Under the pieces are notes generated by a model that ran no database searches, was not told the origin of the DNA, and saw nothing but the letters and a program-made list of their open reading frames with translations. A DNA stretch of 24,000 nt from an uncultured Actinomycetes bacterium. Lineage in GTDB: Bacteria > Actinomycetota > Thermoleophilia > UBA2241. Shown here one piece after another: positions 15,670 through 23,097 of this stretch (positions within the stretch are counted from its first letter, which is position 1; each line of letters begins with the position of its first letter). Made by a program: the position numbers and the translations under genes. Location: the NCBI GenBank assembly GCA_963725665.1, contig CAVRZA010000004.1:207543-231542 (forward strand). Reading direction: 5' to 3'.

Positions 15670-16833
15670 TTACGGCCCGTCCACGCGCGGGGAGGCGACC
15701 GCCGTCGTCTGGTAGAGACCGGCGGCGACCTCGCGGCTGCCTCCGTGGAGCTGAGAAAGCGTCAGACGCTGCAGGCTGAGCGAGAGCAGTCCCGCGCCCA
15801 CGGCCACCACAAGCTGCATCGCCTGGAAGCCGAGGGCGAAGGCGATGGCCGGTCCGCTCTCGATGCCGTAGACGGCGAGCGCCGCGACCGCAGCGGCCTG
15901 GAAGGTCCCCACGTTGCCCGGCGTGGCGGGGATGAGCCCGATGATGTTGGTCAGCACGAGCACGAGCGCAGCGCCACGCAATCCGGCGCCCTCGAGGTGG
16001 AAGGCGTGGAGCGCCGCGAACGCCGCCGCCACCTGCACCAGCCAGGCGAGCGCCTGCACGCCGAGCTCCGACAGGGCCGACGAGGGCCTGCCCATGATGC
16101 GCTGGCTCTCGGCAAGCTCCGGCAGGTAATGGCCGACCCTCTGCCGCAGCCGCGACGCGCGGCCCGAAGGGAACCGAGGCAGGCGCAGCTCGAGACGCCG
16201 CGGGTACCCCTTGCGTTCGCTCTCGCGACGCTCACGCTGGCGCTCGAGGATCACGAGGCCGCCCAGGCACGCGCACGAGAACACGGCTCCGAAGACGAGC
16301 ACCTCGACAGCCCACGACGGTGCGGAGAGAGTCGACACGATCGCCAGTGCGAGCGCCACGAAGCTGACGGTGGCGAAGAGCCGCTCGGTGAGGCTCATGC
16401 CGAGCGCCGTCGCGAAGTGCACCGTCGCGCGTCGCCGGCGCAGCAGGATCGACAGCACGTACGGCGTCAGTACGACACCCACGCGCACCGGCAGAACGAT
16501 GTTGGCGAGGAGGCCGATGCTCGTGGCGGAGAAGGCGTCGACGAGGCGCGCGCGCACGTCGCCGAGAGCATCGACGATCACCTTGAGGGCCCAGCTGCGC
16601 AGGACCAGGGAGACGAGGAGCAGGCCCATGGCGGTCAAGGCCCAGCGCCAGTCGGCGTGGACGAACGACTGCTCCATGCGCTCAAGCTGGCCGTGCCCGA
16701 GGAGCAACGCGAGGGCGACGGCTACGGCGAGCCCGCCGAGCCACCAGCGCTTGCCGGGAATCGAAAGGACTCTGCCGACACCGTTTGTGGCAGAAGGCGT
16801 GGATTCTGTTGGTCGGTCTGTCGTGGTGCTCAA
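15670..16833 (-). CDS. lysylphosphatidylglycerol-synthase-TM-region-like (UPF0104 / flippase-like) integral membrane protein
   Basis: 387 aa with about 8 hydrophobic segments. The pattern ..SIGLLANIVLPVRVGVV.. and ..LTNIIGLIPATPGNVGTFQAA.. is characteristic of this family. TTG start with GGGAAAGAG upstream. Convergent with the MtmB-like gene across an 18-nt spacer. Confidence 0.78.
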   Translation of the reverse strand: MSTTTDRPTESTPSATNGVGRVLSIPGKRWWLGGLAVAVALALLLGHGQLERMEQSFVHADWRWALTAMGLLLVSLVLRSWALKVIVDALGDVRARLVDAFSATSIGLLANIVLPVRVGVVLTPYVLSILLRRRRATVHFATALGMSLTERLFATVSFVALALAIVSTLSAPSWAVEVLVFGAVFSCACLGGLVILERQRERRESERKGYPRRLELRLPRFPSGRASRLRQRVGHYLPELAESQRIMGRPSSALSELGVQALAWLVQVAAAFAALHAFHLEGAGLRGAALVLVLTNIIGLIPATPGNVGTFQAAAVAALAVYGIESGPAIAFALGFQAMQLVVAVGAGLLSLSLQRLTLSQLHGGSREVAAGLYQTTAVASPRVDGP

Positions 16834-16925
16834 CGATCTCTTTCCCTGGGCGGCCGCCCCCGGCAGAAGGGCCAGGGCTGCGATCTCTTGACTTGAGTAT
16901 CGGGACGAGGCCCTGGTCCGAGAAG

Positions 16926-16943
16926 GATAGGACTGTTCCTATC
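16926..16943. promoter_or_regulatory. candidate operator: perfect palindrome GATAGGA-CTGT-TCCTATC
   Basis: 7-bp perfect inverted arms with a 4-nt spacer, AT-richer than the surroundings. It sits in the 229-nt divergent spacer between the membrane-protein gene (start 16833, minus) and the VOC gene (start 17063, plus). Confidence 0.35.
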
Positions 16944-17062
16944 TGTCCCAGAACAAGGTAGCTTGGTCATCCAGCCGGGCCGGGCGCAAGGCGATTAGTC
17001 ACCCCTGTGGCCGGGCATGAGATGCCTCACACGGCGGAGAGCTCGGACGTCGGGAGTGGAGC

Positions 17063-17560
17063 ATGGCGCCGCTCGACCAGGATACCATCATCGGACACGT
17101 CCACCTCAAGGTGGCGGACCTCGACCGTGCCGTGGCCTTCTATCGCGACGTGCTCGGCTTCGACCTGACGACCCGCCTCGGCGCCCAGGCCGCCTTCCTC
17201 TCGGCCGGCGGCTACCACCACCACATCGGTCTCAATACGTGGGAGTCGGCGGGCGGGTCACCTCCTCCTCCGGGGACGACCGGGCTCTACCACTTCGCCG
17301 TCCGCTTCCCCACGAGACGTGCGCTTGCCGAGGCGCTGCTGCGGCTGATCGAGGTGCGCTACCCGATCGAGGGGGCGTCGGACCACGGTGTGAGCGAGGC
17401 GATCTACCTGCGTGACCCCGACGGCAACGGTATCGAGCTCTACTGGGATCGGCCGCGCGAGGAGTGGCCGCACGACCGCGACGGCGACCTTGAGATGTTC
17501 ACCGCCGCCCTCGACCTCGAAGAGCTCCTGGCCGAGGTGCGGCGGTCGAACGGGGATTGA
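17063..17560 (+). CDS. VOC (glyoxalase / extradiol-dioxygenase fold) family protein
   Basis: 165 aa: IGHVHLKVADLDRAVAFYRDVLGFDL..GYHHHIGLNTWE..LYHFAVRFP..DHGVSEAIYLRDPDGNGIELYWDRP matches the CatE/YfiE-like VOC subgroup. GGGAGTGGAG SD upstream. Confidence 0.88.
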   Translation: MAPLDQDTIIGHVHLKVADLDRAVAFYRDVLGFDLTTRLGAQAAFLSAGGYHHHIGLNTWESAGGSPPPPGTTGLYHFAVRFPTRRALAEALLRLIEVRYPIEGASDHGVSEAIYLRDPDGNGIELYWDRPREEWPHDRDGDLEMFTAALDLEELLAEVRRSNGD

Positions 17561-17649
17561 GGTCCGCGGGTCGGTCGCGCGGCCGATCGACCGAGGGTCT
17601 CGCAGGGGTTTTCAAGCGTCGGGCGATCGTGTTCGATACAGTGAGTGTG

Positions 17650-17880
17650 ATGCGCGACGGAGACTGCCCCTACCTGCGGTGCGAGAAGACGGCTCGGCGA
17701 CTGCACGGCCTCACTGTCGATCAGACAGGGCCCATGGAGGTGTCGGAGGTCTGGTACTGTCGTCACCCCTTCCACGGGGTGGAAGTGCCGGTGGCCGGCA
17801 AGCGGGGTGAGGCGCAGCGGGTCTGCGCCCTCTGTACGCTCCCCGGCAGGGTGGGCGCCTCGTCCGCCGACGGCGAGTGA
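17650..17880 (+). CDS. hypothetical small Cys/His-rich protein (possible metal-binding)
   Basis: MRDGDCPYLRCEKT..VWYCRHPFHGV..RVCALCTLPGR has the pattern C-x4-C, C-x-H-x2-H, C-x2-C. Third-position GC is moderately high. There is no clear SD. In-frame alternative starts lie at 17641, 17647 and TTG 17557 (overlapping the VOC stop as TTGA). I recognise no family. Confidence 0.4.
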   Translation: MRDGDCPYLRCEKTARRLHGLTVDQTGPMEVSEVWYCRHPFHGVEVPVAGKRGEAQRVCALCTLPGRVGASSADGE

Positions 17881-18001
17881 GGCGAGTCGCGGCCCTGCGG
17901 CGGTCGGCAGGGGCACAGAAGGACGGCGGGGGCGCGACCCTGGTGTAGACGGACGTTCTATGGAGCAGGCGTTGCTCGAGGCTGATATTTATCAGCGAGA
18001 G

Positions 18002-18062
18002 GCGGGGACTGACCTTCTCTCATCGGCTCGCCAGGCTACGCTTTCCCTAGGACAGTCCCCGC
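18002..18062 (+). other. long hairpin H1 in the lower-GC non-coding stretch
   Basis: gcggggactg (18002-18011) and cagtccccgc (18053-18062) are exact reverse complements enclosing 41 nt. The pyrimidine/T-rich tctttcctttg follows. Confidence 0.45.
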
Positions 18063-18165
18063 TCTTTCCTTTGCCGGGAGCGCCGACACTCTCTGGTCCA
18101 CGTCATCGTGTCCCCTTCCCCCGAGAAATCTGAAGGAATCTCAGCAGGGAGGGCGAATGAAGCGC

Positions 18166-18238
18166 GGGGGCTGCCAAACACCAGTGCTCCTTTGGCTCGC
18201 TCAACTGGTCTTTCTCACACCTGGCAGCCCCCTTTTCT
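18166..18238 (+). terminator. long hairpin H2 followed by TTTTCT (candidate intrinsic terminator / 3' end of an untranslated RNA)
   Basis: gggggctgcca (18166-18176) and tggcagccccc (18222-18232) are exact reverse complements. An inner stem accagt/actggt is also present. TTTTCT at 18233-18238 follows directly. Confidence 0.45.
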
Positions 18239-18433
18239 ATGCTCTCGTGCGGGCGCGCGATGGGTCGTCGCGAAGCCGCCCTGTGACGGCGTGACGTGCG
18301 GCTCGGGCCTTGAGCGGCGGCTTTACAGCCTTGGGGGTGGGTGCCAGAATAGCCGCTGGCCATCGGGCCGGACGCCCGTGGCGAGTGTCGACATACCTGC
18401 TCGCCCCTCGGTCCCCCAGAGAAGGAGCCGTTC

Positions 18434-18625
18434 ATGGCAAAGCCTGTCGTCGATGCGGAACTGTGCACCGGTTGCGGCACCTGCGAGGCCCTGTGCCCCG
18501 AGGTGTTCGAGGTGCGCGACGACGGCATCGCCTACGTCATCGATCCCGACGCCTGCAACGAGGTGGACTGCTGCGAAGAGGCAGCGGAGAGCTGCCCCGA
18601 AGAGGCGATCACGTTCGTCGACTGA
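18434..18625 (+). CDS. small single-cluster [4Fe-4S]/[3Fe-4S] ferredoxin
   Basis: 63 aa: CTGCGTCEALCP ... ESCPEEAI is the classic CxxCxxC...CP ligand pattern of small actinobacterial/thermophile ferredoxins. AGAAGGAG SD upstream. Confidence 0.9.
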   Translation: MAKPVVDAELCTGCGTCEALCPEVFEVRDDGIAYVIDPDACNEVDCCEEAAESCPEEAITFVD

Positions 18626-18639
18626 GAGTCCCAACGCTT

Positions 18640-18673
18640 GCGCGCGGCGCCGGCGCAGGCGCGCGCCGCGCGC
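18640..18673 (+). terminator. GC-rich hairpin after the ferredoxin gene (possible terminator, no U-tract)
   Basis: gcgcgcggcgc (18640-18650) and gcgccgcgcgc (18663-18673) are exact reverse complements with a 12-nt loop. It starts 15 nt after the stop codon. Confidence 0.35.
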
Positions 18674-18825
18674 GCAGACCCGCCCTCAAGGGTCACGCGG
18701 TCCTGCTCGACAGAGAGGAAGGTAGTCGTCGGTCGCCGAAACTCCCCCAAAGGCATGCATCCCATGAGAGAAAGCGCCCACTACAGCGCGCAGCGTCTGC
18801 AAATCTCGGGTCTCGAGGCCTGGAC

Positions 18826-19524
18826 TTGATCGTCTTCGAGAACGTCAGCAAGGTGTACGACGGCGAGGTCGTCGGGCTGCAGGAGGTCTCCCTGCACATC
18901 CCCAAGGGCGAGTTCGTCTTCCTTGTCGGCCCGTCGGGGTCGGGCAAGTCGACCCTCATCAGGCTGGTGCTCAAGGAGCTCGACCCGACCCAGGGCCGCA
19001 TCCTCGTCGCGGGACGCAACCTCAACACCCTGCGCCGCAGCAAGGTGCCCTTGCTGCGGCGTAACATCGGCTGCGTGTTCCAGGACTTCAAGCTGCTGCC
19101 CAACAAGACGGTGTACGACAACGTCGCCTACGCACTGCAGGTGGTGGGCGAGAACCACCGCTCGGTGCGGCGCAAGGTCCCCGAGATCCTCAACCTTGTG
19201 GGCCTGGGCGAGAAGATGAGCAGCCTGCCGTTGGAGATCTCGGGCGGCGAGCAGCAGCGGGTCTCGGTGGCCCGTGCCTTCGTGAACCATCCGCCGCTGC
19301 TGCTCGCCGACGAGCCGACGGGCAACATCGACCCCGACACCTCGATCGGCATCATGCAGCTCCTCCTGCGCATCAACCGCACCGGGACGACCGTGGTCGT
19401 AGCGACGCACGACCGCGAGATGGTCGATCGCATGCGCAAACGGGTCGTCGCCCTCGACACCGGGCGCCTCGTCCGCGACGAGCGCCGCGGGGTCTACGAT
19501 GGAGTGCAGCCCGATGAGAACTAG
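18826..19524 (+). CDS. ftsE: cell-division ABC transporter ATP-binding protein FtsE
   Basis: From TTG 18826: (M)IVFENVSKVYDG..GPSGSGKSTL..ISGGEQQRVSVARAF..LLLADEPTGNIDP.. is colinear with FtsE. No ATG or GTG is available in frame upstream. The 18310 track start is an unsupported extension. Confidence 0.92.
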   Translation: MIVFENVSKVYDGEVVGLQEVSLHIPKGEFVFLVGPSGSGKSTLIRLVLKELDPTQGRILVAGRNLNTLRRSKVPLLRRNIGCVFQDFKLLPNKTVYDNVAYALQVVGENHRSVRRKVPEILNLVGLGEKMSSLPLEISGGEQQRVSVARAFVNHPPLLLADEPTGNIDPDTSIGIMQLLLRINRTGTTVVVATHDREMVDRMRKRVVALDTGRLVRDERRGVYDGVQPDEN

Positions 19525-20434
19525 CTTCTTCATGAACGAGGCCCTCGGCTCGCTGCGCCGCAACTGGGTGATGACGATCGCCGCCGTGCTCACGGTCTTC
19601 ATCTCGATGGCCATCCTCGGCTTCGTCCTCGTCATCGATCGCAACCTGAACCAGGGAGCGACGAGCCTCAAGAACCGGGTCATGATCGAGGTCTTCCTCA
19701 AGGACAGCGCGACGCCGGAGCAGGTGGCGCAGCTCAAGCAGCAGATCGAGGCCATGCCCGAGTTCAAGAGCGTGACCTACATCTCGAAGGACCAGGCTCT
19801 GAAGGAGTTCAAGGATCGCCTCGGTGAGAACGCCCAGTCGATCCTCGAGAACCTCTCCACGAACCCGTTGCCCGCCTCGTTCCGCATCTACGTGAAAGAC
19901 CCGAATCAGGTCGAAGCCGTGGCGGGGCGCTTCTTCGCCAATCCCATCGTCGCCAACGACCCCGGCACCCACAACGGGGTCCACTACGCGCGCGACACGG
20001 TACGCAGGATGCTGGGCACGATCGGCCTCATCGAGAAGGGCATGTGGGTGGCGACCATCATCTTCGCCGCCGCCGCGGTGCTCCTCATCTCGACCACGGT
20101 GCGCCTGTCGATCTTCGCTCGGCGGCGCGAGATCGAGATCATGCGCCTCGTCGGCGCGACCAACTGGTTCATCCGTTGGCCCTTCGTCGTCGAGGGTTTC
20201 ATCACCGGGCTCGTGGGCTCCATCGTCGCTGCCTTGGGCGTGGGCGTCGTGAATTGGACCGTCTTCAACTGGATAGAGAACTCGTCCGTGAACTTCCTCG
20301 GGGTCGAGAAGTACCCCGTGTGGATCCAGGGCGGCCAGTGGCCGCTGGGACTGCTGCCGACGCTGGCGGTGCTCGGGGCGATCCTCGGCGCGGCCGGAAG
20401 CGTCCTCGCCCTGCGCCGCTACCTGCGCGTGTAG
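19514..20434 (+). CDS. ftsX: cell-division permease-like protein FtsX
   Basis: MRTSFFMNEALGSLRRNWVMTIAAV.., a large extracellular loop, then three C-terminal TM helices (..EIEIMRLVGATNWFIRWPFVVEG..). It overlaps the ftsE stop. An alternative start lies at 19499. Confidence 0.9.
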   Translation: MRTSFFMNEALGSLRRNWVMTIAAVLTVFISMAILGFVLVIDRNLNQGATSLKNRVMIEVFLKDSATPEQVAQLKQQIEAMPEFKSVTYISKDQALKEFKDRLGENAQSILENLSTNPLPASFRIYVKDPNQVEAVAGRFFANPIVANDPGTHNGVHYARDTVRRMLGTIGLIEKGMWVATIIFAAAAVLLISTTVRLSIFARRREIEIMRLVGATNWFIRWPFVVEGFITGLVGSIVAALGVGVVNWTVFNWIENSSVNFLGVEKYPVWIQGGQWPLGLLPTLAVLGAILGAAGSVLALRRYLRV

Positions 20435-20444
20435 AGTCCACCGG

Positions 20445-20477
20445 CGGCGCGGCCTACAGGAACCGGCGGCCGCGCCG
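20445..20477 (+). terminator. hairpin between ftsX and the M23 peptidase gene (possible attenuator/terminator)
   Basis: cggcgcggcc (20445-20454) and ggccgcgccg (20468-20477) are exact reverse complements with a 13-nt loop. No U-tract follows. Confidence 0.3.
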
Positions 20478-20496
20478 AAGAAGTACTCGGGATGCT

Positions 20497-21711
20497 ATGG
20501 GGATGAGACGACAAGCCCTCATCGCCGCCGCGGCCGGGCTCCTCGGGCTCGCGCTCGTGGCCGCCCACGCCCCAGCCGCCTCCGCTGCAAACGCCCAGGA
20601 CGAGCTCAACCTCACCAGGCAGAAGCTCGTCCACGCCCGCGCTCTGATCGCAGCCGCCAAGGCGAAAGAGGGCAAGCTGAACGGTCAGGTCGACGCCTAC
20701 GACGGGCGCCTGAACGCGATCGGCGGCGAGCTGGCCGCCTTGCAGGCGAAGCTCGCCGCCGTAGAGGCCAAGCTCGCCAAGACGCGGGCCGAGCTGACCA
20801 GGCTGCGCAGCCGACTGCGCGCCAAGGTGCGCGAGCTGCGCCAGGCCGAGGCCGAGCTGAGGTGGCAGCGGGAGGTCTTCGTCAGGCGCGTGGTGGAGAG
20901 CTACAAGACGGGCGACGTCGACTACATCGACGTCCTGCTCGGCTCCGCCGACTGGGAGGACCTCGTGACGCGCTTTCGCCTCGTGCGGCAGCTCGTCGGC
21001 AACGACAACCTGCTGGTCACGCAGCTTGATGCGGCGCGCCGCGAGGTGGCGCGCCAGAAGGCCAGTCTGGCGGAGCTGACGGCCGCCAAGGCGGCGGCCG
21101 AGGCGGAGCTCAGCGATCGACAAGCCGAGTTGGCCTCGCTCAAGGCGCAGGTCGTGGCCAAGCAGCAGGCGGTCCTTGCCGCCCGCCACGCCAAGGAACT
21201 CACGCTGGCCCAGGTCGTCCAGACGCGCAAGGGGTACGAGCAGCAGGAACAGGAGCTACTGGCCGAGAGCCGCCGGCTGCAGACGATCATCACCGGCAGC
21301 TCGGGCTCGGGGACCGTGCACGGCACGGGCCGGCTGGTGTGGCCGGTCTCCGGGCCCGTCGTCTCGGGCTTCGGCTGGCGCATCCATCCCATCTTCCACA
21401 CGCGCAAGTTCCACACCGGCATCGACATCGGCGTCGGCTACGGCACGGCGATCCACGCCGCCGACAGCGGCACCGTGATCTACGCCGCCGGAATGAGCGG
21501 GTACGGCAACGTCATCGTCATCGACCACGGCGGCGGGCTCTCGACGCTCTATGCGCACCAGTCGGGGTTTGCGGTCGGGATGGGCGCCGGCGTGAGTCGG
21601 GGACAAGTGATCGGCTACGTCGGCATGACCGGCTACACGACCGGCCCGCACCTGCACTTCGAGGTGCGCGTAGGCGGTTCGCCCGTCGACCCGATGGGGT
21701 ACCTGCCGTAG
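20497..21711 (+). CDS. secreted coiled-coil M23 (LytM-domain) peptidoglycan endopeptidase, EnvC/PcsB-like partner of FtsEX
   Basis: Signal peptide (..AAHAPAASAANA), about 250 aa of heptad-like Ala/Leu/Lys/Glu/Gln coiled coil, then an M23 domain with HTGIDIG (HxxxD) and GPHLHFEV (HxH) metal ligands. Confidence 0.88.
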   Translation: MGMRRQALIAAAAGLLGLALVAAHAPAASAANAQDELNLTRQKLVHARALIAAAKAKEGKLNGQVDAYDGRLNAIGGELAALQAKLAAVEAKLAKTRAELTRLRSRLRAKVRELRQAEAELRWQREVFVRRVVESYKTGDVDYIDVLLGSADWEDLVTRFRLVRQLVGNDNLLVTQLDAARREVARQKASLAELTAAKAAAEAELSDRQAELASLKAQVVAKQQAVLAARHAKELTLAQVVQTRKGYEQQEQELLAESRRLQTIITGSSGSGTVHGTGRLVWPVSGPVVSGFGWRIHPIFHTRKFHTGIDIGVGYGTAIHAADSGTVIYAAGMSGYGNVIVIDHGGGLSTLYAHQSGFAVGMGAGVSRGQVIGYVGMTGYTTGPHLHFEVRVGGSPVDPMGYLP

Positions 21712-21805
21712 TGCCGCTTCCTCCGCTCCGCTCGACCGATGACAGTCGCAAGCGCCACCCGTCAAAGTTGCTGAGAACCCGATCGGTAGCTACCATGCTG
21801 GGACA

Positions 21806-23089
21806 GTGCATACCCTAGAGATAGTCCTCCTCCTGGTCCTCCTGCTCGCCCTCGTCGTCGACGGCGTGCTGCTCGCGCGCCGCCTGCGTCCCGAGAGCGG
21901 GAGGGGCTTGGCGTTGCGCGCCGTCGCCCTGCTCCTCACCCTGGTCGCCGTCGTGCTCGTCGGCGGGTTCGTGGTCGTCGTCGCCCGTTCGGACAGCGGA
22001 GGCGGCGCCACACCGGCGACGATCGACGGGTCTGCGCAACTGCAGCAGCGCATCATCAGCGACCTGCAGCGCTACTACTACAAGCCCGTCGACACGGCGA
22101 AGCTCCAGCGCGTCGCCGGCACGAGCGCCATCGACGCCATGCTCAAGACGCTGAAGGATCCCTACACCGAGTACATGGATCCCAAACAGACGAACTTGCT
22201 CGAGGAGCACCTCAAAGGCACCTACTCGGGCATCGGCGCCATCCTCGAGAAGAAGAACGGCGAGGTCCGCATCACGCGGGTGATCGAGGGATCGCCGGCG
22301 GCCGAGGCCCAATTGCAGTCCGCCGACGTGATCGTCTCCGTCGATGGCCGTGCGACCAAGGGCGAACCGATCGAGGTCGTCAGCTCACGCATCAGGGGCA
22401 AGGCCGGCACGCAGGTCAAGCTGGCCGTTCGTCGCCCGAGCACGGGTGCGGCGCTGTCGCTCACGCTGACGCGGCGCGAGGTCTCGTTCCCGATCATGCG
22501 CAGCCGCCTCATCGACGATCACGGCGTGAAGGTGGGCTACGTGCAGCTGTTCGAGTTCTCCTCGGGCGCGACTGACAAGGTGCGCGCCGCGCTGCAGAGG
22601 TTGCAGCAGCGCGGCGCGCAGCAGATCGTCTTCGACCTGCGCTACAACGGTGGCGGCCTGCTCGACGAGGGCGTCGGCGTGGCCAGCGACTTCCTGCATC
22701 CGGGACTCGTCGTCGTCACGACGCAGGGCATGCACTCGCCCAAGGAGGTCTTCAAGTCGTCGGGAGGCCCCGCCACCACGCTGCCCGTCGTGGTCCTCGT
22801 CAACCACTGGACGGCGAGCGCCTCCGAGATCGTCGCGGGCGCCCTGCAGGATCAAGGGCGGGCGACGATCATCGGCACGCGCACCTTCGGCAAGGGTCTG
22901 GTGCAGAGACCCATCTCACTGCCCGGCGGCGCCACCCTCAAGCTCACAACGGCGGTCTACCTGACCCCACGCGGGACGGACATCAACCACGTCGGGATCG
23001 TCCCCTCGATCTCGGTGAAGGACGATCCCAAGACCAAGCGGGACGAGGCTCTGCAGCGCGTCCTGCGGTTCATCGCGACGGGGCGCTAG
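21806..23089 (+). CDS. S41 family C-terminal processing peptidase (Ctp/Prc-like) with PDZ domain
   Basis: GTG start and an N-terminal hydrophobic anchor. PDZ region (GIGAILEKKNGEVRITRVIEGSPAAEAQLQSADVIVSVDG). Catalytic region FDLRYNGGGLL .. NHWTASASEIVAGALQD .. GTRTFGKGLVQ (Ser/Lys dyad context). Confidence 0.9.
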   Translation: MHTLEIVLLLVLLLALVVDGVLLARRLRPESGRGLALRAVALLLTLVAVVLVGGFVVVVARSDSGGGATPATIDGSAQLQQRIISDLQRYYYKPVDTAKLQRVAGTSAIDAMLKTLKDPYTEYMDPKQTNLLEEHLKGTYSGIGAILEKKNGEVRITRVIEGSPAAEAQLQSADVIVSVDGRATKGEPIEVVSSRIRGKAGTQVKLAVRRPSTGAALSLTLTRREVSFPIMRSRLIDDHGVKVGYVQLFEFSSGATDKVRAALQRLQQRGAQQIVFDLRYNGGGLLDEGVGVASDFLHPGLVVVTTQGMHSPKEVFKSSGGPATTLPVVVLVNHWTASASEIVAGALQDQGRATIIGTRTFGKGLVQRPISLPGGATLKLTTAVYLTPRGTDINHVGIVPSISVKDDPKTKRDEALQRVLRFIATGR

Positions 23090-23097
23090 GCCCCTCA

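Noticed and set aside
17960-18133. 57-aa ORF MEQALLEADIYQREAG.. inside the lower-GC spacer
   Set aside because: Third-position GC is far below that of the neighbouring genes. There is no SD. The ORF runs straight through hairpin H1. I recognise no motif.
17881-18433. tmRNA, RNase P RNA, SRP RNA or tRNA in the non-coding stretch (tmRNA often lies near ftsEX/smpB/rnr loci)
   Set aside because: I found no T-arm/acceptor-like GGTTCGA.TCC...CCA end. The GAGGAAAGTCCGGGC or ACAGAA..GGCTTA RNase P cores are absent, as is the GGAAGCAGCC SRP core, on either strand. A gggtgccagaatagcc string only superficially resembles an RNase P segment.
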